This document shows, piece after piece, positions 36,598 to 45,268 of a stretch of 64,000 nt of DNA; position 1 is the first letter of the stretch; every line of letters starts with the position of its first letter. The position numbers and the translations under genes are program-made. Source of the stretch: Candidatus Gastranaerophilales bacterium (lineage in GTDB: Bacteria; Cyanobacteriota; Vampirovibrionia; Gastranaerophilales; Gastranaerophilaceae); NCBI GenBank assembly GCA_944327275.1, contig CALVHB010000016.1, forward strand, positions 9,169 through 73,168. The letters run 5' to 3'. Below the pieces are notes generated by a model, which worked only from the letters and a program-made list of their open reading frames with translations, was not told the origin of the DNA and did not search any database.

Positions 36598-37926
36598 GTG
36601 AATAACATCAAAACAAAAGAAAAATTAGAAAAAAAAGAAATTTTAAAAATGTTTCGTTCAGCTTACAAGGATGTTTCGGAGCATAAAATCGGGATTGAAT
36701 ATGAAAGACTCCCTATTTTTTCGGTAACTTCAAGGGCAGTAGATTACCAATCAGAATTTGGGATTTGTAATTTCTTGAGAAATTTTGCAAGAGAAGAAAA
36801 TTGGGATTATATTATGGATGATTATAATATAATCGGGTTAAAACAAGGTCATGATACAATTACCCTTGAACCTGGGTGTCAGGTGGAATTTAGTGTCGAA
36901 CCGAAGAAAACTATTGATGAATTAAAGAATAAAATTGAAGATTTAGACAGCAAGATGAAACCAATTTTAAATAAGTTTGGTATTCAACTTCTTAATTATG
37001 GTGTATCACCTTTATCTACTCATAAATCAATTAGCTTGATACCTAAAAAAAGATACAAAATCATGGCTAAATATCTTTGGGGAATTTTATCTGATGTAAT
37101 GATGAGGGAGACTGCAGGAATTCAGTGTTGCATCGATTTTAAAGATGAAGAAGATGCCATGAGGAAGTTCAGAATTGCAAATAAATTAACCCCATTTATG
37201 ACTGCAATGTTTGCTAATTCTCCTATAAGAGGCGGAGTAGAGACAGGATACAAGAGCTTTAGAGCTTTAAGCTGGTTAAATACCGATAATGACCGATGTG
37301 GTTTTGTAGGACAAATTGATGATAACTGTTCATTTGAAGATTATGTAGATTATGTTCTTGATTCTCCAATGATATTTATAAACAGGGATTCTGACGCTAT
37401 AGCACTGAACGGTAAAATTTCATTTAATCAATTCATGGAATATGGGTATGAGGGATATAGTCCTGATATTGAAGATTTTCAGTTACATGCAAATTTATAT
37501 TTCCCTGAGGTTAGATTGAGAAATTTTGTGGAAATTAGAAATCATGATTGTGTTAGCAAAAGTTTGTATTTGTCTATTTTAGCTATTTATAAAGGTATTT
37601 TTTACGATGAAATATCAATGGATGAAATTGAAGAATTATTCAAAGATTATACCTATAGGGATTTTTCAGAATTGCGATATAACGTGCCTAAGAATGCTTT
37701 AAGTTCAAGAATTTCAGGCCATAGTGTAAAAGATATTGTAAAAGAGATATTGTATATTGCAGAAAAATCTTTGATAGGTATGGGAACAGGAGAAGAAAAG
37801 TATCTTGATAAAATAAAAGAATATTCAATGAACGGAATATGTCCGGCTGATATAATAATTCGTAATTGGAACGGTTTATGGAATAAAGATATTAAAAAAT
37901 TAATTAAATTTGTCTCAGAACAATAA
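36598..37926 (+). CDS. glutamate--cysteine ligase-like (plant/cyanobacterial type)
   Basis: 442 aa with GTG start behind AGGGGG. IGIEYERLPIF, ETAGIQCCIDF and PEVRLRNFVEIRNHD resemble GCS-family carboxylate-amine ligases. This was not searched. Confidence 0.55.
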   Translation: MNNIKTKEKLEKKEILKMFRSAYKDVSEHKIGIEYERLPIFSVTSRAVDYQSEFGICNFLRNFAREENWDYIMDDYNIIGLKQGHDTITLEPGCQVEFSVEPKKTIDELKNKIEDLDSKMKPILNKFGIQLLNYGVSPLSTHKSISLIPKKRYKIMAKYLWGILSDVMMRETAGIQCCIDFKDEEDAMRKFRIANKLTPFMTAMFANSPIRGGVETGYKSFRALSWLNTDNDRCGFVGQIDDNCSFEDYVDYVLDSPMIFINRDSDAIALNGKISFNQFMEYGYEGYSPDIEDFQLHANLYFPEVRLRNFVEIRNHDCVSKSLYLSILAIYKGIFYDEISMDEIEELFKDYTYRDFSELRYNVPKNALSSRISGHSVKDIVKEILYIAEKSLIGMGTGEEKYLDKIKEYSMNGICPADIIIRNWNGLWNKDIKKLIKFVSEQ

Positions 37927-37935
37927 AAAATAAAA

Positions 37936-37971
37936 GGCACGGAATGATTTTATAAACTATCATTCCGTGTC
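37936..37971. terminator. strong hairpin usable on both strands (T-run is best on the minus strand)
   Basis: CACGGAATGAT / ATCATTCCGTG, an 11 bp stem. On the minus strand it is followed by CCTTTTATTTTTTATTG. Confidence 0.75.
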
Positions 37972-38235
37972 TTGTTATCGATTACCCTCATTTGGTAGCT
38001 GTACATACTGCCTGTAGGCTTTCTTTGTCCGCAATGTTAAAATTTTTCGGATTGTTAGGAAGCTTACCCTTGAGTGTAACCGTCCATATCCCGCCGCTTA
38101 TTCCTCGGGAATTATGCAGATTATCACTGTCATCTGCTTCGAAATCAGATATAGGTGTACACTTTTCCGATTTTAGAAATTATCGGCTATATCCCCCGAG
38201 CCCGAAAATATCTCGGATGATTCGGCTTTAAGATA
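37972..38235 (-). ncRNA. candidate structured RNA (long hsp20 3' UTR or independent sRNA), class unknown
   Basis: A stretch of about 265 nt is clearly more GC-rich than its surroundings and lacks a credible ORF. It has nested hairpins (GAUAUAG...CUAUAUC enclosing CCGAU...AUCGG; GCAGAU...AUCUGC) and ends at the 37936-37971 terminator. Confidence 0.3.
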
Positions 38236-38241
38236 TGAATT

Positions 38242-38724
38242 TTAGGGTTCTTTTATGTCAATTTTTTTAGGTGTTTTATTTTCTGTTTGTAGCTTTGGAA
38301 TTTTTATTGTTAAAATACCTTTGTCATAAACTGCTGTACTTTCGTCTGTTTTTATAGGTTGGTCAAAAGATATTGTTCTTTTGTATTTCCCATATCTGAA
38401 TTCTGAAGTGTGGTAACGTTCGTTTTTTTCTTCTTCTTTTTTCTCTTCCTTTTCTTCTTGAATTTCAGCGGTAATTGTCATAAAATCGTTGTCAATTTCA
38501 ACTTCTATATCATCTTTGTCAACTCCAGGCAGTTGAACTTTTACAGTATAGTTTTTGTCATTTTGTTTTATTTCAACTGCAGGACGCCAGATGGAATTCT
38601 TTTTTACATTGAGTGGATTTGCCATTGAATGTATTAGCAAAGTGTCTCTTAAAAAATTATTTAATTCATTGTGTATACTATCAAAATATAATTCCGGTTC
38701 TCTTATTATTAAGTCGTGTTTCAT
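38242..38724 (-). CDS. Hsp20/alpha-crystallin small heat-shock protein
   Basis: 160 aa. The alpha-crystallin core is PAVEIKQNDKNYTVKVQLPGVDKDDIEVEI ... GILTIKIPK. Confidence 0.85.
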   Translation of the reverse strand: MKHDLIIREPELYFDSIHNELNNFLRDTLLIHSMANPLNVKKNSIWRPAVEIKQNDKNYTVKVQLPGVDKDDIEVEIDNDFMTITAEIQEEKEEKKEEEKNERYHTSEFRYGKYKRTISFDQPIKTDESTAVYDKGILTIKIPKLQTENKTPKKIDIKEP

Positions 38725-38871
38725 TATTTATTTTTCCTTTCAGTAACAGCATAATTCTTTTTTGCGGGCATTTCATTCTACTTTAGTTTAGTTAATTGAC
38801 CATTTATTATGTACTTTCGTGCAATAGAATAAATGATTGTTCAATAAATAATAGCTTAGGGAGGGAACATT

Positions 38872-39897
38872 ATGTCCATAAAAGTTCTTGTTTTTGACTA
38901 TAGAGAAAGTGAAAAGAATTTTTTTAAAAATAATAAATTTCAAAATTTTGATATAACTTTTTACCGTGAAAGTTTAAATGAAGAAACTGTAAAAAAAATA
39001 CCTGAGGAAGAATTAAAAAATACTACTGTCGTAAGTGTTTTTATAACTTCTGAAGTTACTGAAAATGTCATCAATTCTTTTAAAAATCTCAGAATAATTT
39101 CTACACGTTCAACAGGTATTGATCATATTAATATCAGAGCTGCTGAGGCAAAGAATATTTCAATTGTTAATGTAGAGGGTTATGGATCATATTCTGTAGC
39201 TCAGTTTACTATAGCTTTGATGATAGATTTGGTAAGAGGAATTATACCTGCGTCAAGATATGTAAGTGATAGAAAAAACTTATGTACCGATTTTTTGGGG
39301 CGTGATATTTCAAAGTTGACTATAGGTGTAGTGGGGACAGGTGCGATTGGGGCTGCAGTATGCAGACTTGCAATGGCATTTGGGATGAAAATTCTTGCTT
39401 ATGATTTTATAGAAAGGCAGGAATTGGTAAAAACTTCTAAGGTTGAATATGTTGATTTGGAGAAATTAATCAAGGAATCAGATGTTATAAGTTTGCATAT
39501 GCCTTATACCGGTGAAAATTTTCATATGTTTTCGACTGAGCAGTTTGATATGATGAAGAATTCTGCTTATATAATTAATACTTCACGAGGAGAAATACTT
39601 GATACAGTAGCATTATATAATGCTTTGAAAAAAAAGAAAATAAAAGGAGCAGCTTTGGATGTTGTCATGTGCGAGGAGGTTAGTTTTAGGTGTGACAAAT
39701 TATCCAAAAAACTCAATACAGATTTTACTTGCCTTCAGGAAGCAAAAGCTGTGAAAGAGTTAGCAAAAATGCAAAATGTTATTATTACCCCTCACATTGC
39801 ATATGAGACACAGGACGCAATTGATTACCTTTTGGAATCGTCTTTCAAAGGGATTTTAGACTGTGTAAAGGGTGGTAATCATTACCGTGTAAACTAG
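38872..39897 (+). CDS. D-isomer-specific 2-hydroxyacid dehydrogenase
   Basis: GVVGTGAIGAAV (NAD fold), NTSRG, ALDV and TPHIAY. Confidence 0.8.
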   Translation: MSIKVLVFDYRESEKNFFKNNKFQNFDITFYRESLNEETVKKIPEEELKNTTVVSVFITSEVTENVINSFKNLRIISTRSTGIDHINIRAAEAKNISIVNVEGYGSYSVAQFTIALMIDLVRGIIPASRYVSDRKNLCTDFLGRDISKLTIGVVGTGAIGAAVCRLAMAFGMKILAYDFIERQELVKTSKVEYVDLEKLIKESDVISLHMPYTGENFHMFSTEQFDMMKNSAYIINTSRGEILDTVALYNALKKKKIKGAALDVVMCEEVSFRCDKLSKKLNTDFTCLQEAKAVKELAKMQNVIITPHIAYETQDAIDYLLESSFKGILDCVKGGNHYRVN

Positions 39898-40571
39898 TTT
39901 TTTGTCATAATCTGTGAGGAGATTACGTGAAATATGTAATCTTCTCTTTTTTTTAAGACAAAACCTTTTTTTGAAAAATCTTTTATTAAATCATCTGGAG
40001 ATGGAAATATTTTTTTTGATTCAATTAGATAATTATATGCTGATTTGTTATCAGTAAAAACTCCTGCCAGATTAGGTGCTATTATGTCAAAAAATTTGCT
40101 CACAAAATTTTTTTCACCAAAGTCCAAATGCATAAAAGTCCCTTTTGGTTTAAGTATTCTATAAATTTCTTCTATAGCTTTTTCAGGGTTAGCAATGTTT
40201 CGTAGTCCAAAGCTAATTGTAGCAAAATCGAAAGAGTTGTCTTCATATGGCAAATTTGTTATATCTCCTTCAAAGTATTGTATTTTTCGGGTTATGTTTT
40301 TCTTTTTTGCAATATTAAGCATGTTTTCAGAAAAATCGATTCCCGTAATTTGGGCTTTAGGTTCTATTTTCAAAATTATTTCGGTTAAATCACCTGTACC
40401 GCAGCATAAGTCTATAATTCTGTCATGCGGTCTTATCCCCAAATTTTTTATACATTGATGTTTGATATAATTTTGAGTACCAAAAGACATTATGTTATTT
40501 ATAAAGTCATATTTTTCAGCAATTAAGTTAAAAGTTGTCTTTATTGTTTGTGGTGATTTATCAGGTGTCAT
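39894..40571 (-). CDS. ubiE: demethylmenaquinone/ubiquinone C-methyltransferase
   Basis: FNLIAEKYDFINNIMSFG, IIDLCCGTGDL and ISFGLRN. Confidence 0.8.
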   Translation of the reverse strand: MTPDKSPQTIKTTFNLIAEKYDFINNIMSFGTQNYIKHQCIKNLGIRPHDRIIDLCCGTGDLTEIILKIEPKAQITGIDFSENMLNIAKKKNITRKIQYFEGDITNLPYEDNSFDFATISFGLRNIANPEKAIEEIYRILKPKGTFMHLDFGEKNFVSKFFDIIAPNLAGVFTDNKSAYNYLIESKKIFPSPDDLIKDFSKKGFVLKKREDYIFHVISSQIMTKN

Positions 40572-40619
40572 AATTTGTTACCTTTTTGCTTAAATTCTAT
40601 CTTAACATATAATGAGATT

Positions 40620-41963
40620 ATGAACATAGCTTTTGTACCAATAGATAATAGACCCGTATGTTATACCCTGCCTGAGCAAATATGTGCTTTGGACAGTAGT
40701 ATTAACTTGTCTATCCCTCCAAGAAAATTTTTAGGTGATTTGAAAAAAACTGCTGATGTAGAAAATATTTTTGAATGGTTGAAAAATTTAGAAGACATTG
40801 ATGCGATTGTACTTTCTTTAGATACTTTAGCTTATGGCGGACTTATTCCATCAAGAAGATGCGAAGATTCTTTTGAAGAAATAAAACAGAGAGTTCTGAC
40901 TTTGAAGAGTATCCTTTTGCAAAAGAAAGCAAAAATATACGCGTTTTCAAGTATCATGAGAATTTCAAACAACAATGTAAATGAAGAGGAAAAAGAATAC
41001 TGGAATAAATGGGGAAAAAAAATATTTAATTATTCTTTTTGTATGGATAAGTTTGGTACTGTATGTAAAAATGAAGTACCTGCAAATATTTTAGAAGATT
41101 ACATTGCAACCAGAAAAAGAAATTTTGAAATTAATAAAATTTATCTTGAATGGCAAAAAGAAGGACTTTTCAATGTGCTAGTCTTTTCTAAAGATGATTG
41201 TGCGGAATATGGATTTAATGTTCAGGAAGCAAAAGAACTTGAAAGATTAGGCGGATTTGTAAAGACCGGTGCGGATGAAATTCCGTTGAGCCTGCTTGCA
41301 AGAGCAGTAGAGGGTAAAATAAAGATTGCTCCGGTTTTTATTGAACCGGAGTGTAAGGACTTGATATCAAATTATGAGGATGTATCGATTGAAAAATCTG
41401 TTAAAGGTCAGTTAGAACTTGCAGGGTGTCAGGAATGTTCTCTTGATGAGGCAGATATAATCCTCTATGTGAATAATTTCCGAGATCATCAAGGGGAGAT
41501 TGTTATGAAAGTCTCTACTGAAAATTTTTCTGGCAATTTGAAAAAAATATTTGATAAAAATATCCCTTATATGGTAGCAGATGTCAGATTTGCAAATGGT
41601 TCTGATAATGCTTTTGTAAAGCAGCTTTTTGAAATGGATTTTGATGAGAATTTTTATGGTTACAGTGCCTGGAATACTTCTGCAAATTCTTTAGGCAGTT
41701 TGTTATGTGCTGCAAAAGTTAAATTTCTTGCGAAAAAATACGATAAATCAGCATTTAAAAAACTTCAAATGGTAAGATTCCTTGATGATTGGGCATATCA
41801 GGCTAATGTTAGACAAAAACTGGATAGACCTGATGTCTCTTTAATAAAACAAGAGATGACTAATTTTGAATGTAAAGTGTGTGAAAAATTTGGGGTAGAG
41901 GCTAATATAAATTATTCCTTCCCTTGGGATAGATTGTTTGAGGTGGAAGTTTGTATTTATTAG
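40620..41963 (+). CDS. DUF4127-like protein
   Basis: I chose ATG 40620 (MNIAFVPIDNRPVCY...). The resemblance to the DUF4127 N-terminal pattern is from memory only. Confidence 0.45.
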   Translation: MNIAFVPIDNRPVCYTLPEQICALDSSINLSIPPRKFLGDLKKTADVENIFEWLKNLEDIDAIVLSLDTLAYGGLIPSRRCEDSFEEIKQRVLTLKSILLQKKAKIYAFSSIMRISNNNVNEEEKEYWNKWGKKIFNYSFCMDKFGTVCKNEVPANILEDYIATRKRNFEINKIYLEWQKEGLFNVLVFSKDDCAEYGFNVQEAKELERLGGFVKTGADEIPLSLLARAVEGKIKIAPVFIEPECKDLISNYEDVSIEKSVKGQLELAGCQECSLDEADIILYVNNFRDHQGEIVMKVSTENFSGNLKKIFDKNIPYMVADVRFANGSDNAFVKQLFEMDFDENFYGYSAWNTSANSLGSLLCAAKVKFLAKKYDKSAFKKLQMVRFLDDWAYQANVRQKLDRPDVSLIKQEMTNFECKVCEKFGVEANINYSFPWDRLFEVEVCIY

Positions 41964-42493
41964 ATATTTTGTTTTTGGCAATTGCATTAGGTATAGATTG
42001 TCTTGTTGTGTCTTTTTCTCAAGGACTTATTTTTACACACAATCGAGTTAAAAATTCTCTCGCTCTTGCTTTTACTATGGGTTTATCACAGGGAATTATG
42101 CCTTGTATAGGATATTTTGGTATTAGCGGAATAAGTAACTATGTACAGGCATATAGCAAAATTCTTGTATTTTTAATCTTTTTTGTACTTGGAGCTAAAT
42201 TTATTTATGAAGCTTTCCAAGAAAAAGAAAAAAATGTTTGTTGTATAGGTCTAAAATGTCTTTTAACTCTAGGTATTGCGACAAGTATTGATGCTTTAGC
42301 AGCAGGAGTGAGTTTAAATTTGACTAAAACTCCTTTATTATCCGCTACTTTGTTAATAGGTATTGCTTCTTTTATTATGTCAATATTAGGGTTTTGGTTT
42401 GGAAATTTCTTCAAAAGCATGCCTTCAAAATATCTTGAAATTTCAGGTGGCTTGATTCTTATATTATTGGCCTTGAAAAGTGTTTTCATGTAA
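41951..42493 (+). CDS. mntP: manganese efflux pump MntP
   Basis: 180 aa with TTG start behind GAGGTGG. It has a duplicated DUF204-type motif (ALGIDCLVVSF / ATSIDALAAGVS) and 6 TM helices. Confidence 0.75.
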   Translation: MYLLDILFLAIALGIDCLVVSFSQGLIFTHNRVKNSLALAFTMGLSQGIMPCIGYFGISGISNYVQAYSKILVFLIFFVLGAKFIYEAFQEKEKNVCCIGLKCLLTLGIATSIDALAAGVSLNLTKTPLLSATLLIGIASFIMSILGFWFGNFFKSMPSKYLEISGGLILILLALKSVFM

Positions 42494-42548
42494 AAAAAGC
42501 ATGCCTAAAATGTGCATGTATTCTAAATAATTTACAATTCTTAATAAG

Positions 42549-42675
42549 ATTTAAAATCATGAAAAACCATGCCATGAGCATGATTGCATGTTTTAAAATC
42601 TGAAAACCATGTAGCAGTCTGATTTCTGGCATGATTGACTTTTGAAAAACGGCTGTATTGCCCTGATTGCGGGCG
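42549..42675. repeat. three degenerate tandem units (about 42, 49 and 36 bp)
   Basis: TTTAAAATCATGAAAAACCATG...GCATGATTGC / TTTAAAATCTGAAAACCATG...GCATGATTGA / TTTTGAAAAACGG...CCTGATTGCG. Confidence 0.5.
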
Positions 42676-42709
42676 TTGTTACAAATGTTAATAATCTCAT
42701 GCCGCGCCC

Positions 42710-42737
42710 TTGAAATAATTCCCTTATTTTTTATAAT
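42710..42737 (+). promoter_or_regulatory. sigma70-like promoter
   Basis: TTGAAA (42710-42715), 16 nt spacer, TATAAT (42732-42737). Confidence 0.45.
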
Positions 42738-42873
42738 GGAATTAAGGACTAGTGAGAGGTTGAAATTGCCTCTAATAAAGGGGATTGTGGCGGTTTTTTA
42801 ACTGCCTGATTTGCCGTACTTGGGTAAGATATTAATAAAGTGGAGATTATATAAATTGTTTAGAAGTAGGGAT

Positions 42874-43077
42874 ATGGGCAGAGCAGTTGCAGTAAGAAGA
42901 TGGACGCCAACCGCTCTAGAGTGTTATAAAAGAGGTTGTAACTGTGAAGGATGTTTTTATAAAGACTTTTTTAGCGGTTCATCTCAAAAATGTCAAATGA
43001 AAGCTTCCGTTTTGGAATTGGTTCGTGTAATCGGTACTCCAAATGTAGAATTGCAACAATTCATCATAGAAGATTAG
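42874..43077 (+). CDS. small Cys-rich protein (hypothetical)
   Basis: 67 aa from ATG 42874 (MGRAVAVRRWTPTALECYKRGCNCEGCFYKDFF...). Alternative in-frame starts are TTG 42856 and 42811. Confidence 0.4.
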   Translation: MGRAVAVRRWTPTALECYKRGCNCEGCFYKDFFSGSSQKCQMKASVLELVRVIGTPNVELQQFIIED

Positions 43078-43145
43078 CTTTGGGACTTTTAAAATTGCTG
43101 TAAATATGTTATAATGTACAAGCAGTATGTTATAGGAGGTCCATC

Positions 43146-43508
43146 ATGCACATTTATGTTAACGGAAGAAACATTGAAATCACTGAAGCTATCAAAGCTT
43201 ATGTGAAAGAAAAATTTGGCAAAGTTGCAAATCATTACGATCAAATCCAAGGTATTGATGTTGTGCTATCAGTGATTAAAAATCCTGCTGCTTCCGGCAA
43301 ACACGTTGCAGAAGTCAGCTGCAAGATGAATACAGGAGTTGTTCGTTGCGAAGAAGCTGCTGATTCTATGTATGAAAGTATTGATTTGTTGGCTGACAAA
43401 TTAGACAGACAAGTTAAAAAATTCAAAGACAAAAGTCTAGGATCTGACAAGTCGTCAATAAGAACAGATGCAGGTGAAGAAGAACCTGCTGAAGTTGTTG
43501 AAGAATAA
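43146..43508 (+). CDS. hpf: ribosome hibernation-promoting factor (short HPF/RaiA)
   Basis: MHIYVNGRNIEITEAIKAYVKEKFGKV... is typical of the S30AE family. An AGGAGG RBS precedes it. Confidence 0.85.
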   Translation: MHIYVNGRNIEITEAIKAYVKEKFGKVANHYDQIQGIDVVLSVIKNPAASGKHVAEVSCKMNTGVVRCEEAADSMYESIDLLADKLDRQVKKFKDKSLGSDKSSIRTDAGEEEPAEVVEE

Positions 43509-43520
43509 TAACAGAAAGCA

Positions 43521-43550
43521 AAGAGGTGCTTATATAGCACCTCTTATTTT
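43521..43550 (+). terminator. intrinsic terminator
   Basis: AAGAGGTGCT / AGCACCTCTT, a 10 bp stem followed by ATTTT. Confidence 0.8.
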
Positions 43551-43568
43551 AAGAGTAGAACAGGGATT

Positions 43569-44354
43569 ATGATAAATAATAAAAAAGTAGTAATAATAAT
43601 GCCGGCTTACAACGCCGAAAAGACCTTAAAACAGACTTATGATGAAATTTATAAACCTTTTGTTGATGAGGTTATTCTAGTAGATGACAATTCTCAAGAT
43701 AATACGAAGCTTGTATCAAAAGAATTGAATATTACAACAATTGTGCATAAGGAAAATAAAGGATATGGTGGTAATCAAAAGTCTTGTTATAAAGCTGCTT
43801 TAAAAGCAGGTGCGGATATTGTGGTGATGCTTCATCCAGACTATCAATATACTCCAAAGCTTATCCCTGCAATAGTTTCTATGATGGCTTTCGGACAATA
43901 TGATGCTGTAATGGCTTCAAGGATGCTTGGAAATTCTGCTTTAAGAGGTGGTATGCCTTTTTACAAGTTTGTTGCAAATAAGTTTTTGACTTGGTTTGAA
44001 AACTTATTTACCGGTGAAAATTTGACTGAATATCATACAGGTTTCAGAGGTTTTACTAAGGAAGTACTTGAAACCCTTCCTTTGGGTGAGTGTGATGATG
44101 ACTTTATTTTTGATAATGAAATGATTGCATTATTGTTTTACAATAATTTTAAAATAGGTGAAGTGTCTTGCCCTACAAAATATTTTAAAGAAGCATCTTC
44201 TATTAATTTTGTTCGCTCTTGCAAGTATGGACTTGGAGTTTTAGCTGTCAGTATCAAATACAGGCTAGCAAAAATGGGCTTGAAATCAAGGATATTCCGT
44301 CCTGATGCTAAGAAGTTAGATCTTGATACCGAAATTGAATATTATTTTAAATAA
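43569..44354 (+). CDS. family 2 glycosyltransferase
   Basis: IIMPAYNAEKTL, VDDNSQDNT and HPDYQY. Confidence 0.8.
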   Translation: MINNKKVVIIMPAYNAEKTLKQTYDEIYKPFVDEVILVDDNSQDNTKLVSKELNITTIVHKENKGYGGNQKSCYKAALKAGADIVVMLHPDYQYTPKLIPAIVSMMAFGQYDAVMASRMLGNSALRGGMPFYKFVANKFLTWFENLFTGENLTEYHTGFRGFTKEVLETLPLGECDDDFIFDNEMIALLFYNNFKIGEVSCPTKYFKEASSINFVRSCKYGLGVLAVSIKYRLAKMGLKSRIFRPDAKKLDLDTEIEYYFK

Positions 44355-45023
44355 CTACCAAGGATATTCTTCTTTTATCGTCCAGTTATCAAGTTCTATA
44401 ACCCTTGAACAATAACTTCCTGGACCAAACACTCCACCTCGAGCTTCACGATTGCATTGTCCGCTTGTGCCAGCACCTAGTGCATAGGCTCTTGTGAATG
44501 GATTTTGGTACTGACTGTATGTGTTTAATTCGTTGTTGTAAATACTGAAAGCAAAAACGTCTCTTGCCATTTTATTTGGTCCTCTGTCTCCGTTTAAATC
44601 AACAAGGATGTGGAATGGTTGAGCCATGTATCTGTTAAACCATACTGAAAATACAACTCCATCAGCCATGTGCAATGTAGCAAGATCTAAGTTGCATGTC
44701 GTATTGTTTAATCTTCTATATTGGATTCTAGTTCTGTCACTAATTTTGGTTTATTTAATATAAGGAGCATAGTATTTTCGCATGAAACTAGCTTCGTTCA
44801 ATGTATAATCCCAGTCTTTGACATCTCCATAATCTACTTTTGCAGCTGCTGTTGCTTGTTTAAGTGTAGAAAAAGTTTTTTTCAAATGAGTTGCAGTTTG
44901 TTCTTTTTGATAATTTGTAATTAATGCAGGCATAGTTAACGCTGCAACTATTCCAAGCACCCCGAGAGTTATAAGTACTTCTGCTAAAGTAAATCCTAAT
45001 TTTTTATTATAGTGATATGGCAT
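44355..45023 (-). pseudogene. prepilin-type (type IV pilin / pseudopilin) gene interrupted by one in-frame TAA
   Basis: The N-terminal ORF (45023-44751) has KKLG/FTLAEVLITLGVLGIVAA. The C-terminal ORF (44675-44355) has ILVDLNGDRGPNKMARDVFAF. Both are in the same frame, separated only by TAA at 44753-44751 and 25 open codons. Confidence 0.7.
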
Positions 45024-45095
45024 ATCACTATGGTAGCATGTTATTTTGGATTTGTAAAACTGTAAACTGGAATCCCTTATTATATTAGCCTTTTC

Positions 45096-45105
45096 GGGGG
45101 GGGGG
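45096..45105. repeat. G10 (C10 on the pilin coding strand) homopolymer tract
   Basis: An uninterrupted run of 10 G lies 11 nt upstream (pilin strand) of a consensus TATAAT (45084-45079) and 73 nt upstream of the pilin ATG. Confidence 0.95.
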
Positions 45106-45206
45106 CGATTCTAAAAGCTTTCTTCTTAACCATAAAAAATCCTCCAGCAAAATTTTCTTCTTTTTTATTATCACATTATTTTTATAATTATGTCAAGTTT
45201 TTCAAC

Positions 45207-45240
45207 AAAAGAAGACTTCGCATTTGCAAAGTCTTCTTTT
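45207..45240 (-). terminator. intrinsic terminator of the HEAT-repeat gene
   Basis: AAAAGAAGACTT / AAGTCTTCTTTT, a 12 bp stem. Confidence 0.6.
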
Positions 45241-45268
45241 TAAATCCTTTTTGTTTTAATTCCGACTA

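Noticed and set aside
37992-38231. 79-aa plus-strand ORF in the gshA-hsp20 spacer.
   Set aside because: It has no RBS, an odd composition (Leu/Ser/Pro/Arg-rich, typical of translating GC-rich structured DNA), and it overlaps the hairpin-dense region. I treated it as non-coding.
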